From positions 12,178-76,177 of the forward strand of contig CAYNFH010000003.1 of assembly GCA_964396385.1 (NCBI GenBank): a DNA stretch of 64,000 bases, given 5' to 3'. This document shows positions 9,068-18,023 of this stretch, piece after piece (the stretch's first letter is position 1; each line of letters begins with the position of its first letter). The DNA comes from an uncultured Chthonomonadaceae bacterium. Lineage in GTDB: Bacteria > Armatimonadota > Chthonomonadetes > Chthonomonadales > CAJBBX01. Made by a program: the position numbers and the translations under genes. The notes below the pieces were generated by a model. The model searched no databases, was not told the DNA's origin, and saw nothing but the letters and a program-made list of their open reading frames with translations.

Positions 9068-10750
9068 ATGAGCAGAACATGCAGAGTCCCTTCGGCCAGG
9101 ATGCGGCGAACGAAGGCGCAGGACATCCTGCCCTCTCCACACGACCACCTCTACACCGGCCACCGTCCGGTGGAGGACCGCCTCATCACCACCTTTATGC
9201 TGGCGGGAGAGGAGCTTCTGAAGCATCTCGGCGGCGCTGGGCATAAACCGCAGCAAGCGGCGCACGCTCGGCCTATGGACATGCAGAGCCCCGCCTCGTT
9301 TGAATACAGCGGCTGGCTCCTGGAGGTTGCAGACCTCGTTGCCAGGCGGCTGTCCGAGGACCCGGCGCGCGGGGAGATGCTGGAAGAGATGCTGCGCGAG
9401 CTGGGCGACGGCGCGGAGCTGCGCATGTTGTTCCAACGACGCATCGCCGACATGCCGCAGCCACATGCGCAGGACATGCAGGGCAAGCCGGTCCTCACGC
9501 GCCGCGAGGTAGACGTGCTCCGGTGCGCCGCCGAGGACCTATCGCATGAGGAGATTGGCGCGCGGCTCGGAATCGCGGTCGAAACCGTGCACACGCACTT
9601 CCGGCGGATCTATAAGAAGCTGGGCGTGCAGCGGCCCATGCAGGCCGTTGCGAGGGCGGTTGCCATGCGGTTTCTGCCGATCGAGGCGGTGGACCTCATA
9701 AGACTGGCGGCCCGGTGTTCACTCGGGAACTTTTCTGCGTTCGGTACATGGGTCAACCACGGTCCCGGTCGCTGGAACGACCGGGACCGTGGCCGGCTGA
9801 GGCAGATCGCGGCCGCGGGACTTGCGTTGTTCCTCGTGACGCACGCCGCAGCGCAGGTGACCGAGATCGAACGGGGGATCCGGCAGCGCATGGGGAACTC
9901 GCCAGCCACGCTTTGCTGCCTCTCGGGCGCAGGCGAAATCGTATGGTCGCGGTCATACCCAAAGCTGTACTCGTTCCAATCTGTAGCCATCGCGCCTACT
10001 GACTCCGCGCGGCACGGTTTCAGTTCCGGCCACCTCTATGCCATGGCGCCGACCGAGCGCCCCATTGGGCTCAACGAAGGGATCATCGTCGAGGTCGACC
10101 AGAATGGGCGATATGTACGCCAGTACCATGGCGCCCTAGAGCTCGGCAGGCGACTGACTGCCGACAGCAGCCTCGCCTTTGCCGCGGACGGACGGCTGCT
10201 GGCAACCACCGGGTTCCTGACAGACGGATTGCTCGGCTTCACAGATGGTGGCGCTACCGTCCAGCGGATTGCGGAGGGCTGCTTCAACCAGGTCTGCCAG
10301 GACCCCTCGGGGCGCACCTATGGTGTGCAGAACAGCGGAGTTGGCTCCGTGGTCAAGGTGCTCGACCCCCTCGGACGGCTGGAGCGAACGTTCGCGAGCA
10401 GCACCGCATCGGAGACATGGTACGGTGGCATCGCGGTGGATCCGGTGGGCCGGGTCTTCGTAAGCCGGTGCCAGGGCGAAGCGCACAGCGGCGCACCCTC
10501 TTCCGTGGACGTGTACGACTCGTCCGGAGGGTTGACGGCGACATTAACCGACTCCGCGCTCGAAGGCGGCAGGCTCTGGGCCGGAGAGGATGGACAGATC
10601 TACACGGCCTCGCAGCGACGCGGGCAGATTGTCGTAATGGACGCTTCCGGCCGCATCTGCCGGCGTATGGACGTACCCGGCCTCCTCCGGCCGTACTCCG
10701 GCTGCGTGGGAAGCGACGGGCTGCTTTACGTCTGCGGCGCGCAGACGTAG
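9068..10750 (+). CDS. Membrane-anchored one-component regulator: N-terminal LuxR-type HTH, one TM helix, C-terminal NHL-like beta-propeller
   Basis: HTH is LTRREVDVLRCAAEDLSHEEIGARLGIAVETVHTHFRRIYKKLGV. TM segment is LRQIAAAGLALFLVTHAAA. C-terminal repeats are of the form ...GRLLAT/GRVFVS/GQIYTA/GLLYVC. GGAGG sits 5 nt before the ATG at 9068. Paralog of 25528..27159. Confidence 0.75.
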   Translation: MSRTCRVPSARMRRTKAQDILPSPHDHLYTGHRPVEDRLITTFMLAGEELLKHLGGAGHKPQQAAHARPMDMQSPASFEYSGWLLEVADLVARRLSEDPARGEMLEEMLRELGDGAELRMLFQRRIADMPQPHAQDMQGKPVLTRREVDVLRCAAEDLSHEEIGARLGIAVETVHTHFRRIYKKLGVQRPMQAVARAVAMRFLPIEAVDLIRLAARCSLGNFSAFGTWVNHGPGRWNDRDRGRLRQIAAAGLALFLVTHAAAQVTEIERGIRQRMGNSPATLCCLSGAGEIVWSRSYPKLYSFQSVAIAPTDSARHGFSSGHLYAMAPTERPIGLNEGIIVEVDQNGRYVRQYHGALELGRRLTADSSLAFAADGRLLATTGFLTDGLLGFTDGGATVQRIAEGCFNQVCQDPSGRTYGVQNSGVGSVVKVLDPLGRLERTFASSTASETWYGGIAVDPVGRVFVSRCQGEAHSGAPSSVDVYDSSGGLTATLTDSALEGGRLWAGEDGQIYTASQRRGQIVVMDASGRICRRMDVPGLLRPYSGCVGSDGLLYVCGAQT

Positions 10751-10893
10751 GCTCCGATATCGCCACGCCAATTTCACGCGCAAGGCATCGGGCGACTGCT
10801 TTAGGTGGCAATAGTAGCAACAGAGGCGACGATGACGGCCGAAACGTGCCGGAGCCTGTCCGGTACGGGACTTCCATCGAAAAGGAGAGACAG

Positions 10894-11868
10894 ATGAGGC
10901 GGAACAGAACAACTTGCAGAACCGTGGTAGCCCTATTCGCCACTCTGCTCGCGGCCGGGGCGGTGCCGGCGGCAGGGCAGGGGCATTGGGGCCTAGCACC
11001 CATGCAGACGGCGAGGGAGTTCCTGGGCGCGGCGACGGGAGGTGACGGGCTGATCTATGCGGTGGGCGGCGGGAATACAACATCCGGGACCACCGCAACC
11101 GTCGAGGCCTACGATCCCGTCGCGGACAGTTGGCATTTTGTCGCCCCAATGTCCCGTTCGCGGTACGACCTGGCGGTTGTCGGAGGCCCGGACGGCCGCA
11201 TCTATGCGATTGGCGGCGAGACCTTCGAGGGCGGCCGTCGCGTCCTCAACACCAATGAGGCCTACGATCCGGCCACAGGCAGCTGGACGACCCTCTCTCC
11301 CATGCCGACTGCGCGGCGCGGTCTTGGGGGCGCTGTGGGATCGGATGGCCGGATCTACGCTATCGGCGGGGCCGACGGTGTTCACCCGCCGATGAATACA
11401 GTCGAAGCCTACGATCCCGCCTCGGACACGTGGGCCCAGGTCTCGCCCATGCCGACAGCCAGGGAAGAAATGGGCGTGACTGCCGGCGCGGACGGCCGCA
11501 TCTACGTCATCGGCGGCACGCAGCAAGGGGCTCCCCTAAGTCGCCTGAACGCGGCGGAGGTCTACGATCCGAGCGTGGACTCCTGGACCACTCTGACGCC
11601 CATGCCGACTCGCCGGCGCGGACTGGCGGCGGCCACGGATTCGGCCGGGCGCATCTACGCCATCGGCGGTGAGGTCGCGGACCATATCGAATCGGGTCTC
11701 GTGGAGATCTACGACCCCGTAGCCGGCCAATGGAGCACCGGTCCTTCCATGCCCACCGCGCGGTTGGCTCTGGCGGCTACGACGGCGCTAGACGGCCGCA
11801 TATTCGCCCTGGGGGGCTGGAGCGGCGCCGCCGATCTGACGACTGTGGAGGCATTCACGCCGCAGTAG
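10894..11868 (+). CDS. Secreted Kelch-repeat beta-propeller protein
   Basis: Signal peptide MRRNRTTCRTVVALFATLLAAGAVPAAGQ, then six repeats of the form PMPTAR..LG.A...DGRIYAIGG. Confidence 0.85.
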   Translation: MRRNRTTCRTVVALFATLLAAGAVPAAGQGHWGLAPMQTAREFLGAATGGDGLIYAVGGGNTTSGTTATVEAYDPVADSWHFVAPMSRSRYDLAVVGGPDGRIYAIGGETFEGGRRVLNTNEAYDPATGSWTTLSPMPTARRGLGGAVGSDGRIYAIGGADGVHPPMNTVEAYDPASDTWAQVSPMPTAREEMGVTAGADGRIYVIGGTQQGAPLSRLNAAEVYDPSVDSWTTLTPMPTRRRGLAAATDSAGRIYAIGGEVADHIESGLVEIYDPVAGQWSTGPSMPTARLALAATTALDGRIFALGGWSGAADLTTVEAFTPQ

Positions 11869-11963
11869 AGGGACCTCCCGCCCGGCGCCCCCCGGCCATG
11901 CTGAAGACGGGGCTACCTTCTTGCCGGCTTACAAGGAAGTAGCCACTCTTTAGCGGGCTTGAG

Positions 11964-12566
11964 TCACTCCAGGTCCGGGAGGGACTCGCGGGACAGGAGG
12001 AGGCGGATGGAGCGGGCCCGGCCGCGAGTACGCGCGATGAATCCGTTCTCCTCCAGCGTGACAACCATCTGATGCGCGGAGGGCGCCGAGACGCCGAAGT
12101 AGCGCGCCATCTCCGCTTCGGCGGGCGGCGTACCGTGCAGCTTGGTGTAGTAGTGGATGAAGGCAAGATACTGCCCTTGCTTCCGCGTATAGGCCGGACG
12201 TGGGGCCGGCACGGGATGGCCCATCAAGCTGGCATTTACCTCTGATAGGATTCTCGTCAGCTCCGTATTTTCTGGCGGTGGCGCCGTCCGCTTCCGCGAC
12301 TTGGCTGCGGGCCTGGAGACCTGCTTGGACAAGCCCTTGAGGCGACGGTCGGTCGCTTCCAGGTCGAACCTCTCCGGGTCAAAGGAGCCGCCGATCCACT
12401 CCCGCATGTCCTTGTGGTCCGGGTGATTGGGATTGGACATGGCCTCCAGAAACTCCAGGTATCCCCACGTGCCTCCGCAGTCCTCCGGCGGACAGGCTCT
12501 CTCGCCCGCTAGGCAGCGGGGGTACACGGCTCCCGGCTCGGCTGGGAGGACCTTCTCCAGCAGCAC
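11964..12566 (-). CDS. pRiA4b ORF-3-like (PF07929-type) C-terminal fragment fused to a LexA/MarR-like winged-helix domain; probably a truncated gene
   Basis: ...PPEDCGGTWGYLEFLEAMSNPNHPDHKDMREWIGGSFDPERFD is the family C-terminal motif. Its YEYDFGDSWEHEV core lies upstream of the GTG start (12567-12611), behind an in-frame TAG. The C-terminus QGQYLAFIHYYTKLHGTPPAEAEMARYFGVSAPSAHQMVVTLEENGFIAR looks like a wHTH. Confidence 0.55.
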   Translation of the reverse strand: MLLEKVLPAEPGAVYPRCLAGERACPPEDCGGTWGYLEFLEAMSNPNHPDHKDMREWIGGSFDPERFDLEATDRRLKGLSKQVSRPAAKSRKRTAPPPENTELTRILSEVNASLMGHPVPAPRPAYTRKQGQYLAFIHYYTKLHGTPPAEAEMARYFGVSAPSAHQMVVTLEENGFIARTRGRARSIRLLLSRESLPDLE

Positions 12567-12692
12567 TTCGTGCTCCCAGCTATCGCCAAAGTCGTACTCG
12601 TAGATGCACTTCTACTTCTCCTGATGGGCGGTTTGATTCGCCTCAGCGTGATCTTGAGCTGGTATATCCGCGTATCCATCGGGCTCACTCTC

Positions 12693-13241
12693 TTAAGGCT
12701 GGGCGTCTCCCGGATTCAGCCAGAGCGGCTCATCGCCGGCGGTAGCGGCGTCGATTACAGGAAAGAGATAGGAGTAGGCGACGCGCCAGCGCTGGCCGCT
12801 GCTGGTGAGGACGGTGGCCGTCTTTGGGTTAAGGCTCAGGATGCGGCCGTACACCTCCCGGTTCTGCCGGTCCCGGAATCCTACCTGATCGCCCACCTTC
12901 CAACTGAATGGCCCTGGCGCGGGCCGGGGAGAATCGGGTGGAGGTGCAACGTCGCCGGCATCCAGGCTTACCGCGCTGAAGAGGATGGACCAGCGCTGTT
13001 GGTCGTGCACGTTCTCAACCAGCAGACGCGTCCGCTTCAGCTCAATAACGGTCGCTTCCACCAGACGGTACTCCGCCTCGTCGAAGTACCGGACGCGCAT
13101 TCCGGGCCGGAGCCGGGCGCGGACCTGCTCTATCCGCTCCGGATCGTCCAGCAGGCGCGAGATGGCGGCCCGCAGTGTGTATAGCTCAAACAGCGAGGCG
13201 GGGGCTACCTCCGTGATGACGCGCTGGTAGTCTAGGGCCAC
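12693..13241 (-). CDS. Hypothetical protein
   Basis: 182-aa ORF with non-degenerate composition (MALDYQRVITEVAPASLFELYTLRAAISRLLDDPERIEQVRARL...). No family recognised. It shares a frame with the downstream pRiA4b fragment. Confidence 0.5.
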   Translation of the reverse strand: MALDYQRVITEVAPASLFELYTLRAAISRLLDDPERIEQVRARLRPGMRVRYFDEAEYRLVEATVIELKRTRLLVENVHDQQRWSILFSAVSLDAGDVAPPPDSPRPAPGPFSWKVGDQVGFRDRQNREVYGRILSLNPKTATVLTSSGQRWRVAYSYLFPVIDAATAGDEPLWLNPGDAQP

Positions 13242-13607
13242 ACGTTCTCCTCCCGAAAACCGCCGGTGCGCGGTGTGAATCTCCCCGCAAAAATACTCGA
13301 GCCGGCTTGGAACACTCCGGCCGCTTCGGCAGACAAACAGATGTACTCCTTCGGGGGTTCATCTCCTGCCGGTGTCGTTCAGGCGGAGTGCGGCGCCGGC
13401 AGGGGATTTCGACCCCGACAATCTGATTGCCGATACGGGCAGAAGGACTGGCAGAATCGGTCCTTCGATCGTCCTGGGAGGGCTGCTCACGCAGAGCAGC
13501 CCTCCTTCGCGTGTGGACTCCCGCGAGGATAAGGAGAAGCAGACCCAGAAGGTCGAGGTCACCGGCGACCCGGCCCTCAGCGAACCCTCTCCGGGAGAGG
13601 AAGGGGG

Positions 13608-14537
13608 TTAGTGCATCTCGGCTTCGGTGGTGCCGATAGCGTTGCGATAGAAGCTGAACCGCACGTCCGGGTGGTGCGCCAGGAGCGACATCGGCACCGA
13701 GGAGTCCGCGATTCCCTTCGAGATCATGAGCGTGGTCAGCCGCATGCCGAACGGATTGTCGTGCGTGCCGGGATGCCAGATGGAAACGCGCTCCGCCAGC
13801 CAGGTCTGCTTCGGCCCTACCGTGATGGCGTGGGTCGGCACCAGCGGGATATTACCCCCGCCGGACGTGCGGGCGTTCTGGATAAGCGTCAGCGGGTGGA
13901 GCTCCACAACACGCGTGCCGAGTGCGCGGTACTCCTCCGGCGTGGGCGGTGCGTCCCGGTACGCGCCCTCGCGGCGCACGGGGTCATTGAACGCCCAGTG
14001 CTTCACCTCGCCCTGCCCGCCCTGCATCACCGCGCAGCGCACTCCATTCCAGCTCGCCTCGTAGCGCGAAGGCTCGGCCGCGGGGAAGTGGATGTTCTGC
14101 GCCGGCATCGCCAGCTCCGGCCGGATGCGGCGGAAGCAGAGGTCCAGGTCCGCCTTGGCGAAGGAGAGCGGATGCTCCGCCCCCACCTCGCGGCCGTCCA
14201 GGCACCACTCGTCCATGCCCCAGAAGTGCGCGCTCTTCAGGCAGAGGTCCAGGTCGTTCACCAGCCGCGCGACCAGCGGGAGCTGCTCCGTGGGGCCGAT
14301 GGGCCCGCAGATGCCCACCGGATTGTCCGGCGTCGACTGCTTCCACGCGTTCACGTACTCCAGCGCCTCCGCCAAGTAGAACTCTTCCAGCGTGTCGTAC
14401 AGAACAACGGAGAAGCCGGGGCGGCTCAAGTCCTGCAGGTCCTCCGCCGTCAGCGCGGCGGCGTCCTTCAAGAGCTCCGGCTCCAGCGTCGTATAGTCCC
14501 ACCAGTCGGGCGCGATTTTGCTCTGTGGACGGCTCAT
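13608..14537 (-). CDS. Glucosamine-6-phosphate deaminase / 6-phosphogluconolactonase-superfamily (NagB-like) protein
   Basis: Start [13 protein letters not shown] at 14537. Carries FWGMDEW and [14 protein letters not shown]-type motifs. The track ORF to 14891 is an N-terminal extension. Confidence 0.65.
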   Translation of the reverse strand: MSRPQSKIAPDWWDYTTLEPELLKDAAALTAEDLQDLSRPGFSVVLYDTLEEFYLAEALEYVNAWKQSTPDNPVGICGPIGPTEQLPLVARLVNDLDLCLKSAHFWGMDEWCLDGREVGAEHPLSFAKADLDLCFRRIRPELAMPAQNIHFPAAEPSRYEASWNGVRCAVMQGGQGEVKHWAFNDPVRREGAYRDAPPTPEEYRALGTRVVELHPLTLIQNARTSGGGNIPLVPTHAITVGPKQTWLAERVSIWHPGTHDNPFGMRLTTLMISKGIADSSVPMSLLAHHPDVRFSFYRNAIGTTEAEMH

Positions 14538-14727
14538 GTTCGGTTCTTCGATTCTCGGTTTTCGAGATACGTGCGCCTCGAGATTCCAGGGGGTTAGACG
14601 GGGCTCCTGCCTTCTGTTGACACGAACGGGCCGGGTCACTATAATGCCGCTACGAACTTCCGCCTCCGCGATCTGCCGTTCGACCTCATTGCCCGGATTC
14701 CGCGGGAACCGGACTCGGAGAGCACCG

Positions 14728-16428
14728 ATGAAACGTCGATTTCTGCTGCCCCTGGTTACTCTTCTCCTTCTGGACATTGTTGCTGCGATAGCCTGCCAAG
14801 CCCAGGCCATCAGGGTGAAGGTCAAAGCGGAGCCAGCCGCCGCCCAGTTGGGCGCGCAGGTGACTGTCAAGGCGAGGGTGGCCTTGGACACACCAGCCGC
14901 CGAGCCGCTTGCGAAGGCCAGGGTTTACTTCTACACGGACATAAATCCCCGTACCGGCGCTCCAATGGGCACGCCGAAAGCTATGGTCGTCGCCGATTCC
15001 AACGGAGTGGCCACTGCGTCCTTCAGCATGCCCAAGCCGGTTTATGCTCCAACCGCGAATGCGCTGCGCAACATGGCTCCGACCGAGATACCGCTCGTGG
15101 CGGAATACCCCGGAGATGGCCGCTCCATACTTCCCGCCAGGGACCGCACCGACATCAGCGTGCTGAAGCAGGATACGTTCATGGGGCTGCGTTTGACCAA
15201 GATGGACGCGAAGACCGCCTCCTTTGAGGTCACTCTCAACGCACAACATATCGGACCTATCTACAGTTTCAAGTGTAGTGTGTCCGCCGGAGCGAAAACG
15301 TTTAAGGTACAGGGCCAGGATAAGGTTTACAGGGCTGTTTTCGACCTCCCAACCCCACCGGCGACGAGCCCCATCTCACTCACGATCAGCTTTGCTGGGA
15401 GCCCGGACTACAATCCGGTGAGCGTAACGCGGAGTTTCAACGGCAGGGCGAACTGCTTTCTCACGGTCGGCCTTTACGGCCGGCCGGGACGCAAAGCGTA
15501 CGGGGAATTCTGGTTAAACACCGAGATGGGGCAGCCCACCGCTGTGGGGCTGAACGGCAGCGCGAGCCCGCTCAGCGGTAAGCCCGTCACCGTAACCGGC
15601 CTCGGATCCGCGTCCTACACGGGATACACGGATTCGACAGGTTGGGCCCGGATAGGTGCGCCCATGCCACCCGGCGTCAAGGCTGGAGACACGGTACCCT
15701 GCACCGTACACTTCGACGGCGACGCGCAATACAACCCGGTCAGCGCCAATGCCCGAGTCCTAGTAGGAGATTACAAGTACCGCGCAGCCATCGCTTCCAA
15801 TGGCGACATCTTCGCAAAGCCCGGAACGCAGATCCGTCTGCATTTTGCTCTCACGGGCGAGCCCGATTCGAAAGGCCATCTGGAGCCACTGCCTGGAAGA
15901 ACGTTGACCGTAAAGGTCTCGAAGCCCATCAACTTTGAGGATTACGCAGAGATCGCCCACTTCTCGCTCGCCACCGATGCGGCTGGCAGCGCGACTGTCC
16001 CGTTCACCATCCCGATGGACCTCCAACCGGGCGGAAACCTCGCCTACGAGGCGAGCTGGCCCGGTGATAGCGACCTGGACAAGGCGCTCGCGCTCCATGC
16101 CGTCTATCTCCAGAAGTTCGACTCGCAGATCGTAACGGACGGGCTGTTCCTGTCGTTGGCGCGCAAGACCCTGGAGGGCACGATCAAGATACTTCACGAT
16201 GGGCCTCAAAACGCCCCGGACTCCGGAATCATCCTGGTCTCAGGACCCAACTGCGCAGGATTGGAATACGCCAAGGATGTGAAACCCGGTGGGAAGGTTC
16301 AGATACCGCTGACGGAATTCCCGACGGGTCTCAAGGCGGGGGACACCTTCAAGTTCTGCGAGATCGAATACGAAGGTAAAGATACGTACAACCGGGCGCA
16401 GGTTCTGATAAAGGTTCCCGTGAGGTAG
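14728..16428 (+). CDS. Secreted repetitive beta-sandwich (Ig-like) protein, function unknown
   Basis: Signal peptide [27 protein letters not shown] at ATG 14728. Recurrent ...[18 protein letters not shown] segments follow. Confidence 0.65.
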   Translation: MKRRFLLPLVTLLLLDIVAAIACQAQAIRVKVKAEPAAAQLGAQVTVKARVALDTPAAEPLAKARVYFYTDINPRTGAPMGTPKAMVVADSNGVATASFSMPKPVYAPTANALRNMAPTEIPLVAEYPGDGRSILPARDRTDISVLKQDTFMGLRLTKMDAKTASFEVTLNAQHIGPIYSFKCSVSAGAKTFKVQGQDKVYRAVFDLPTPPATSPISLTISFAGSPDYNPVSVTRSFNGRANCFLTVGLYGRPGRKAYGEFWLNTEMGQPTAVGLNGSASPLSGKPVTVTGLGSASYTGYTDSTGWARIGAPMPPGVKAGDTVPCTVHFDGDAQYNPVSANARVLVGDYKYRAAIASNGDIFAKPGTQIRLHFALTGEPDSKGHLEPLPGRTLTVKVSKPINFEDYAEIAHFSLATDAAGSATVPFTIPMDLQPGGNLAYEASWPGDSDLDKALALHAVYLQKFDSQIVTDGLFLSLARKTLEGTIKILHDGPQNAPDSGIILVSGPNCAGLEYAKDVKPGGKVQIPLTEFPTGLKAGDTFKFCEIEYEGKDTYNRAQVLIKVPVR

Positions 16429-16491
16429 CCGACCACAGCCTGGATTCGGCTTTTCGATTCCGGAGAAGACAGATAATATCCCGGTGAAATA

Positions 16492-16517
16492 GGCTGGGTG
16501 GTAACCCCCACCCAGCC
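16492..16517 (+). terminator. Perfect 10-bp stem-loop downstream of 14728..16428
   Basis: GGCTGGGTGG-taaccc-CCACCCAGCC. No U-tract follows. Confidence 0.5.
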
Positions 16518-16538
16518 TCGCGCCTCTCGCCTCCCTCC

Positions 16539-16573
16539 TACTGACTACTGACTACCGACTACTGACTACTGAG
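16539..16573. repeat. Tandem heptamer block, 5 x TACTGAC (one-armed)
   Basis: tactgac tactgac taccgac tactgac tactgag. Confidence 0.8.
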
Positions 16574-16577
16574 TCAC

Positions 16578-16702
16578 GGGCAGCCCACGTAGTTGCCCCG
16601 CTCCCCTACCAGCCCCCAGAAGCTGAGCCGGCCGTTTAAGGGCGAGCGGATGGTTCCATGGCAGCTAGCCCCTTAAACGGTTAAGATTTCCGTGGGCTGC
16701 TT
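16578..16702. other. Nested long-range inverted repeats upstream of the blaI-like gene (candidate structured RNA or DNA element)
   Basis: Outer pair is GCAGCCCACG (16578-16587) with CGTGGGCTGC (16693-16702). Inner pair is CCGTTTAAGGG...CCCTTAAACGG around 16632-16680. Confidence 0.4.
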
Positions 16703-16768
16703 TGTTGTTCCTCTGGTTTGGGTAAGATGGGAGAGAGTAGGACGTACTATTCCGTATGAGGTGTCGGA

Positions 16769-17152
16769 ATGCCTAGACCCCCCCTAGGAGAGCAGCAGCT
16801 AGACCTGCTCCGCTTCGTCAGCGAGCACTCCCCCATCACCGCCCGCGAAGTGGCGGAACAGTATGGTGAGCCCAACGGGCTCGCCCGCACCACCGTCGTG
16901 ACGGTCCTGGAGAAACTGAGGCAGAAAGGGTATCTCACTCGGGCCCAGGTAGACGGCGTCTACCAGTACTCCCCTGCTTCGGGTCCCGCCATGTGGCAGG
17001 ACGTGATCCACCAGTTCGTGGAGCGCACGCTCGGCGGCCGCCTCGGCCCCTTCGTCGCCTACCTCACCAACCAGAATAACCTCACGCCGGAGGAGATTCA
17101 GGAGCTGGAGGAGCTGGTCAAGAAGGCGAAGCAGCAGAACCAGGACAAATAG
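16769..17152 (+). CDS. BlaI/MecI/CopY-family transcriptional repressor
   Basis: Winged helix LDLLRFVSEHSPITAREVAEQYGEPNGLARTTVVTVLEKLRQKGYLTR, 127 aa. Confidence 0.85.
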   Translation: MPRPPLGEQQLDLLRFVSEHSPITAREVAEQYGEPNGLARTTVVTVLEKLRQKGYLTRAQVDGVYQYSPASGPAMWQDVIHQFVERTLGGRLGPFVAYLTNQNNLTPEEIQELEELVKKAKQQNQDK

Positions 17153-17317
17153 CCCTCCACGCCCCACTCACGGACTTCGGCCTGACACCGTCCCTGCGCG
17201 TCATCCCCAGCTTAGCGATGGATCTCTTCTGAAAATGCCTGACCTCCGGTCACACCGGCGGAGGCGCTGCGGCGGCGGCTAGAGATGGCAGGCGTGCGGG
17301 TACACAGTGGCTGCAGT

Positions 17318-17602
17318 CTATGCCGCGAGCTGGAGACTCACCGTCCTGCCGAGCCGCGTCTCCAGAGTGATGAGCGTCTCTAGGCTGAACTTCTCCCACC
17401 GGCCGTGAACCAAGTCTGAGAAGCGCGAGCGAGTGATGCCGAGTCTGTCGACCGCCTCGGCCGAATTCATACCGGTCGACTGGATGAACTCACGAAGGTC
17501 GCTCAGCAGCATGGCCCTCATCTGAAGGATGGATGCTTCTTCCGGGCCAAACCCGAGGTCCGCAAAGACGTTGCCGCTGCTCTCGTGGATGGGTTCGTCC
17601 AC
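17318..17602 (-). CDS. XRE-family HTH antitoxin-like protein
   Basis: NVFADLGF...MNSAEAVDRLGITRSRFSDLVHGRWEKFSLETLITL. It abuts the stop of the toxin remnant. Confidence 0.75.
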   Translation of the reverse strand: MDEPIHESSGNVFADLGFGPEEASILQMRAMLLSDLREFIQSTGMNSAEAVDRLGITRSRFSDLVHGRWEKFSLETLITLETRLGRTVSLQLAA

Positions 17603-17719
17603 CTATCTTTCCCCTATCTGACGGTACCGTTGCCGCGCCAAATCGATGTCTGATTGCCTGGTCCTGCGGGTCTTCTTCTGGAAAGAGTGCAGAACGTACA
17701 CCGTGATATAATGGCCCAT
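17603..17719 (-). pseudogene. C-terminal remnant of a Gp49/RelE-ParE-superfamily toxin (N-terminal two thirds missing)
   Basis: GHYITVYVLHSFQKKTRRTRQSDIDLARQRYRQI matches the conserved ...VLHxFxKKTxKTPxxEIxxAxxR tail. The upstream part of the ORF is overlapped by the opposite-strand higB. Confidence 0.6.
17707..17712 (+). promoter_or_regulatory. TATAAT box 5 nt upstream of the higB ATG (possible leaderless transcript)
   Basis: gTATAATggcccATG, with no SD. Confidence 0.35.
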
Positions 17720-18011
17720 GCACGTGATCGCCAGGCGGACGCTCCGCGAGTTCTGGGAGCGGCATACGGACGCGGAGGACGCGCTCACTGCCTGGTATCA
17801 GGACGCCTCTAGGGCAACCTGGCGGACGCCTGATGACATCCGCGCCTTATATGCAACGGCCAGTTTCGTGCCTAACAACCGGGTCGTCTTCAACATTCGC
17901 GGGAATTCGTACCGTCTGGTCGTACACGTGGTGTATCGCACGGGACGCGTGTATGTCCGGTTCGTGGGCACGCACGCGGAATACGACCGAATCGACGCCG
18001 AGACCGTTTGA
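17718..18011 (+). CDS. higB: HigB-family mRNA interferase toxin
   Basis: MHVIARRTLREFWERH...FNIRGNSYRLVVHVVYRTGRVYVRFVGTHAEYDRI is typical of the HigB_toxin family. Confidence 0.85.
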   Translation: MHVIARRTLREFWERHTDAEDALTAWYQDASRATWRTPDDIRALYATASFVPNNRVVFNIRGNSYRLVVHVVYRTGRVYVRFVGTHAEYDRIDAETV

Positions 18012-18023
18012 CGGATAGGAACT

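Noticed and set aside
8876-9466. N-terminal extensions of track ORFs (cydA to 9466, caspase to 45741, nagB-like to 14891, dehydrogenase to 30043, Kelch from 10417, Ig-like protein from 14518)
   Set aside because: In each case the family-typical N-terminus or signal peptide begins at an internal ATG with a plausible SD, and the upstream part is low-complexity Arg-rich sequence.
2553-12614. Stop-codon reassignment as an explanation for the in-frame TAA (2553) and TAG/TAA (12612, 12693)
   Set aside because: Well-conserved genes in the window terminate at TAA, TAG and TGA at family-typical lengths. For example, the sheath ends with TAG, tube-1 with TAA and nadE with TGA. A global recoding is therefore not supported, and local decay or sequencing error is simpler.
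16539-16573. CRISPR array, tRNA/rRNA genes, IS elements or integrases
   Set aside because: The tandem blocks have 7-8-nt units with no spacers, so they are not CRISPR. I saw no tRNA-like T-arm/acceptor patterns, no rRNA-like sequence, and no transposase, integrase or recombinase ORF anywhere in the window.
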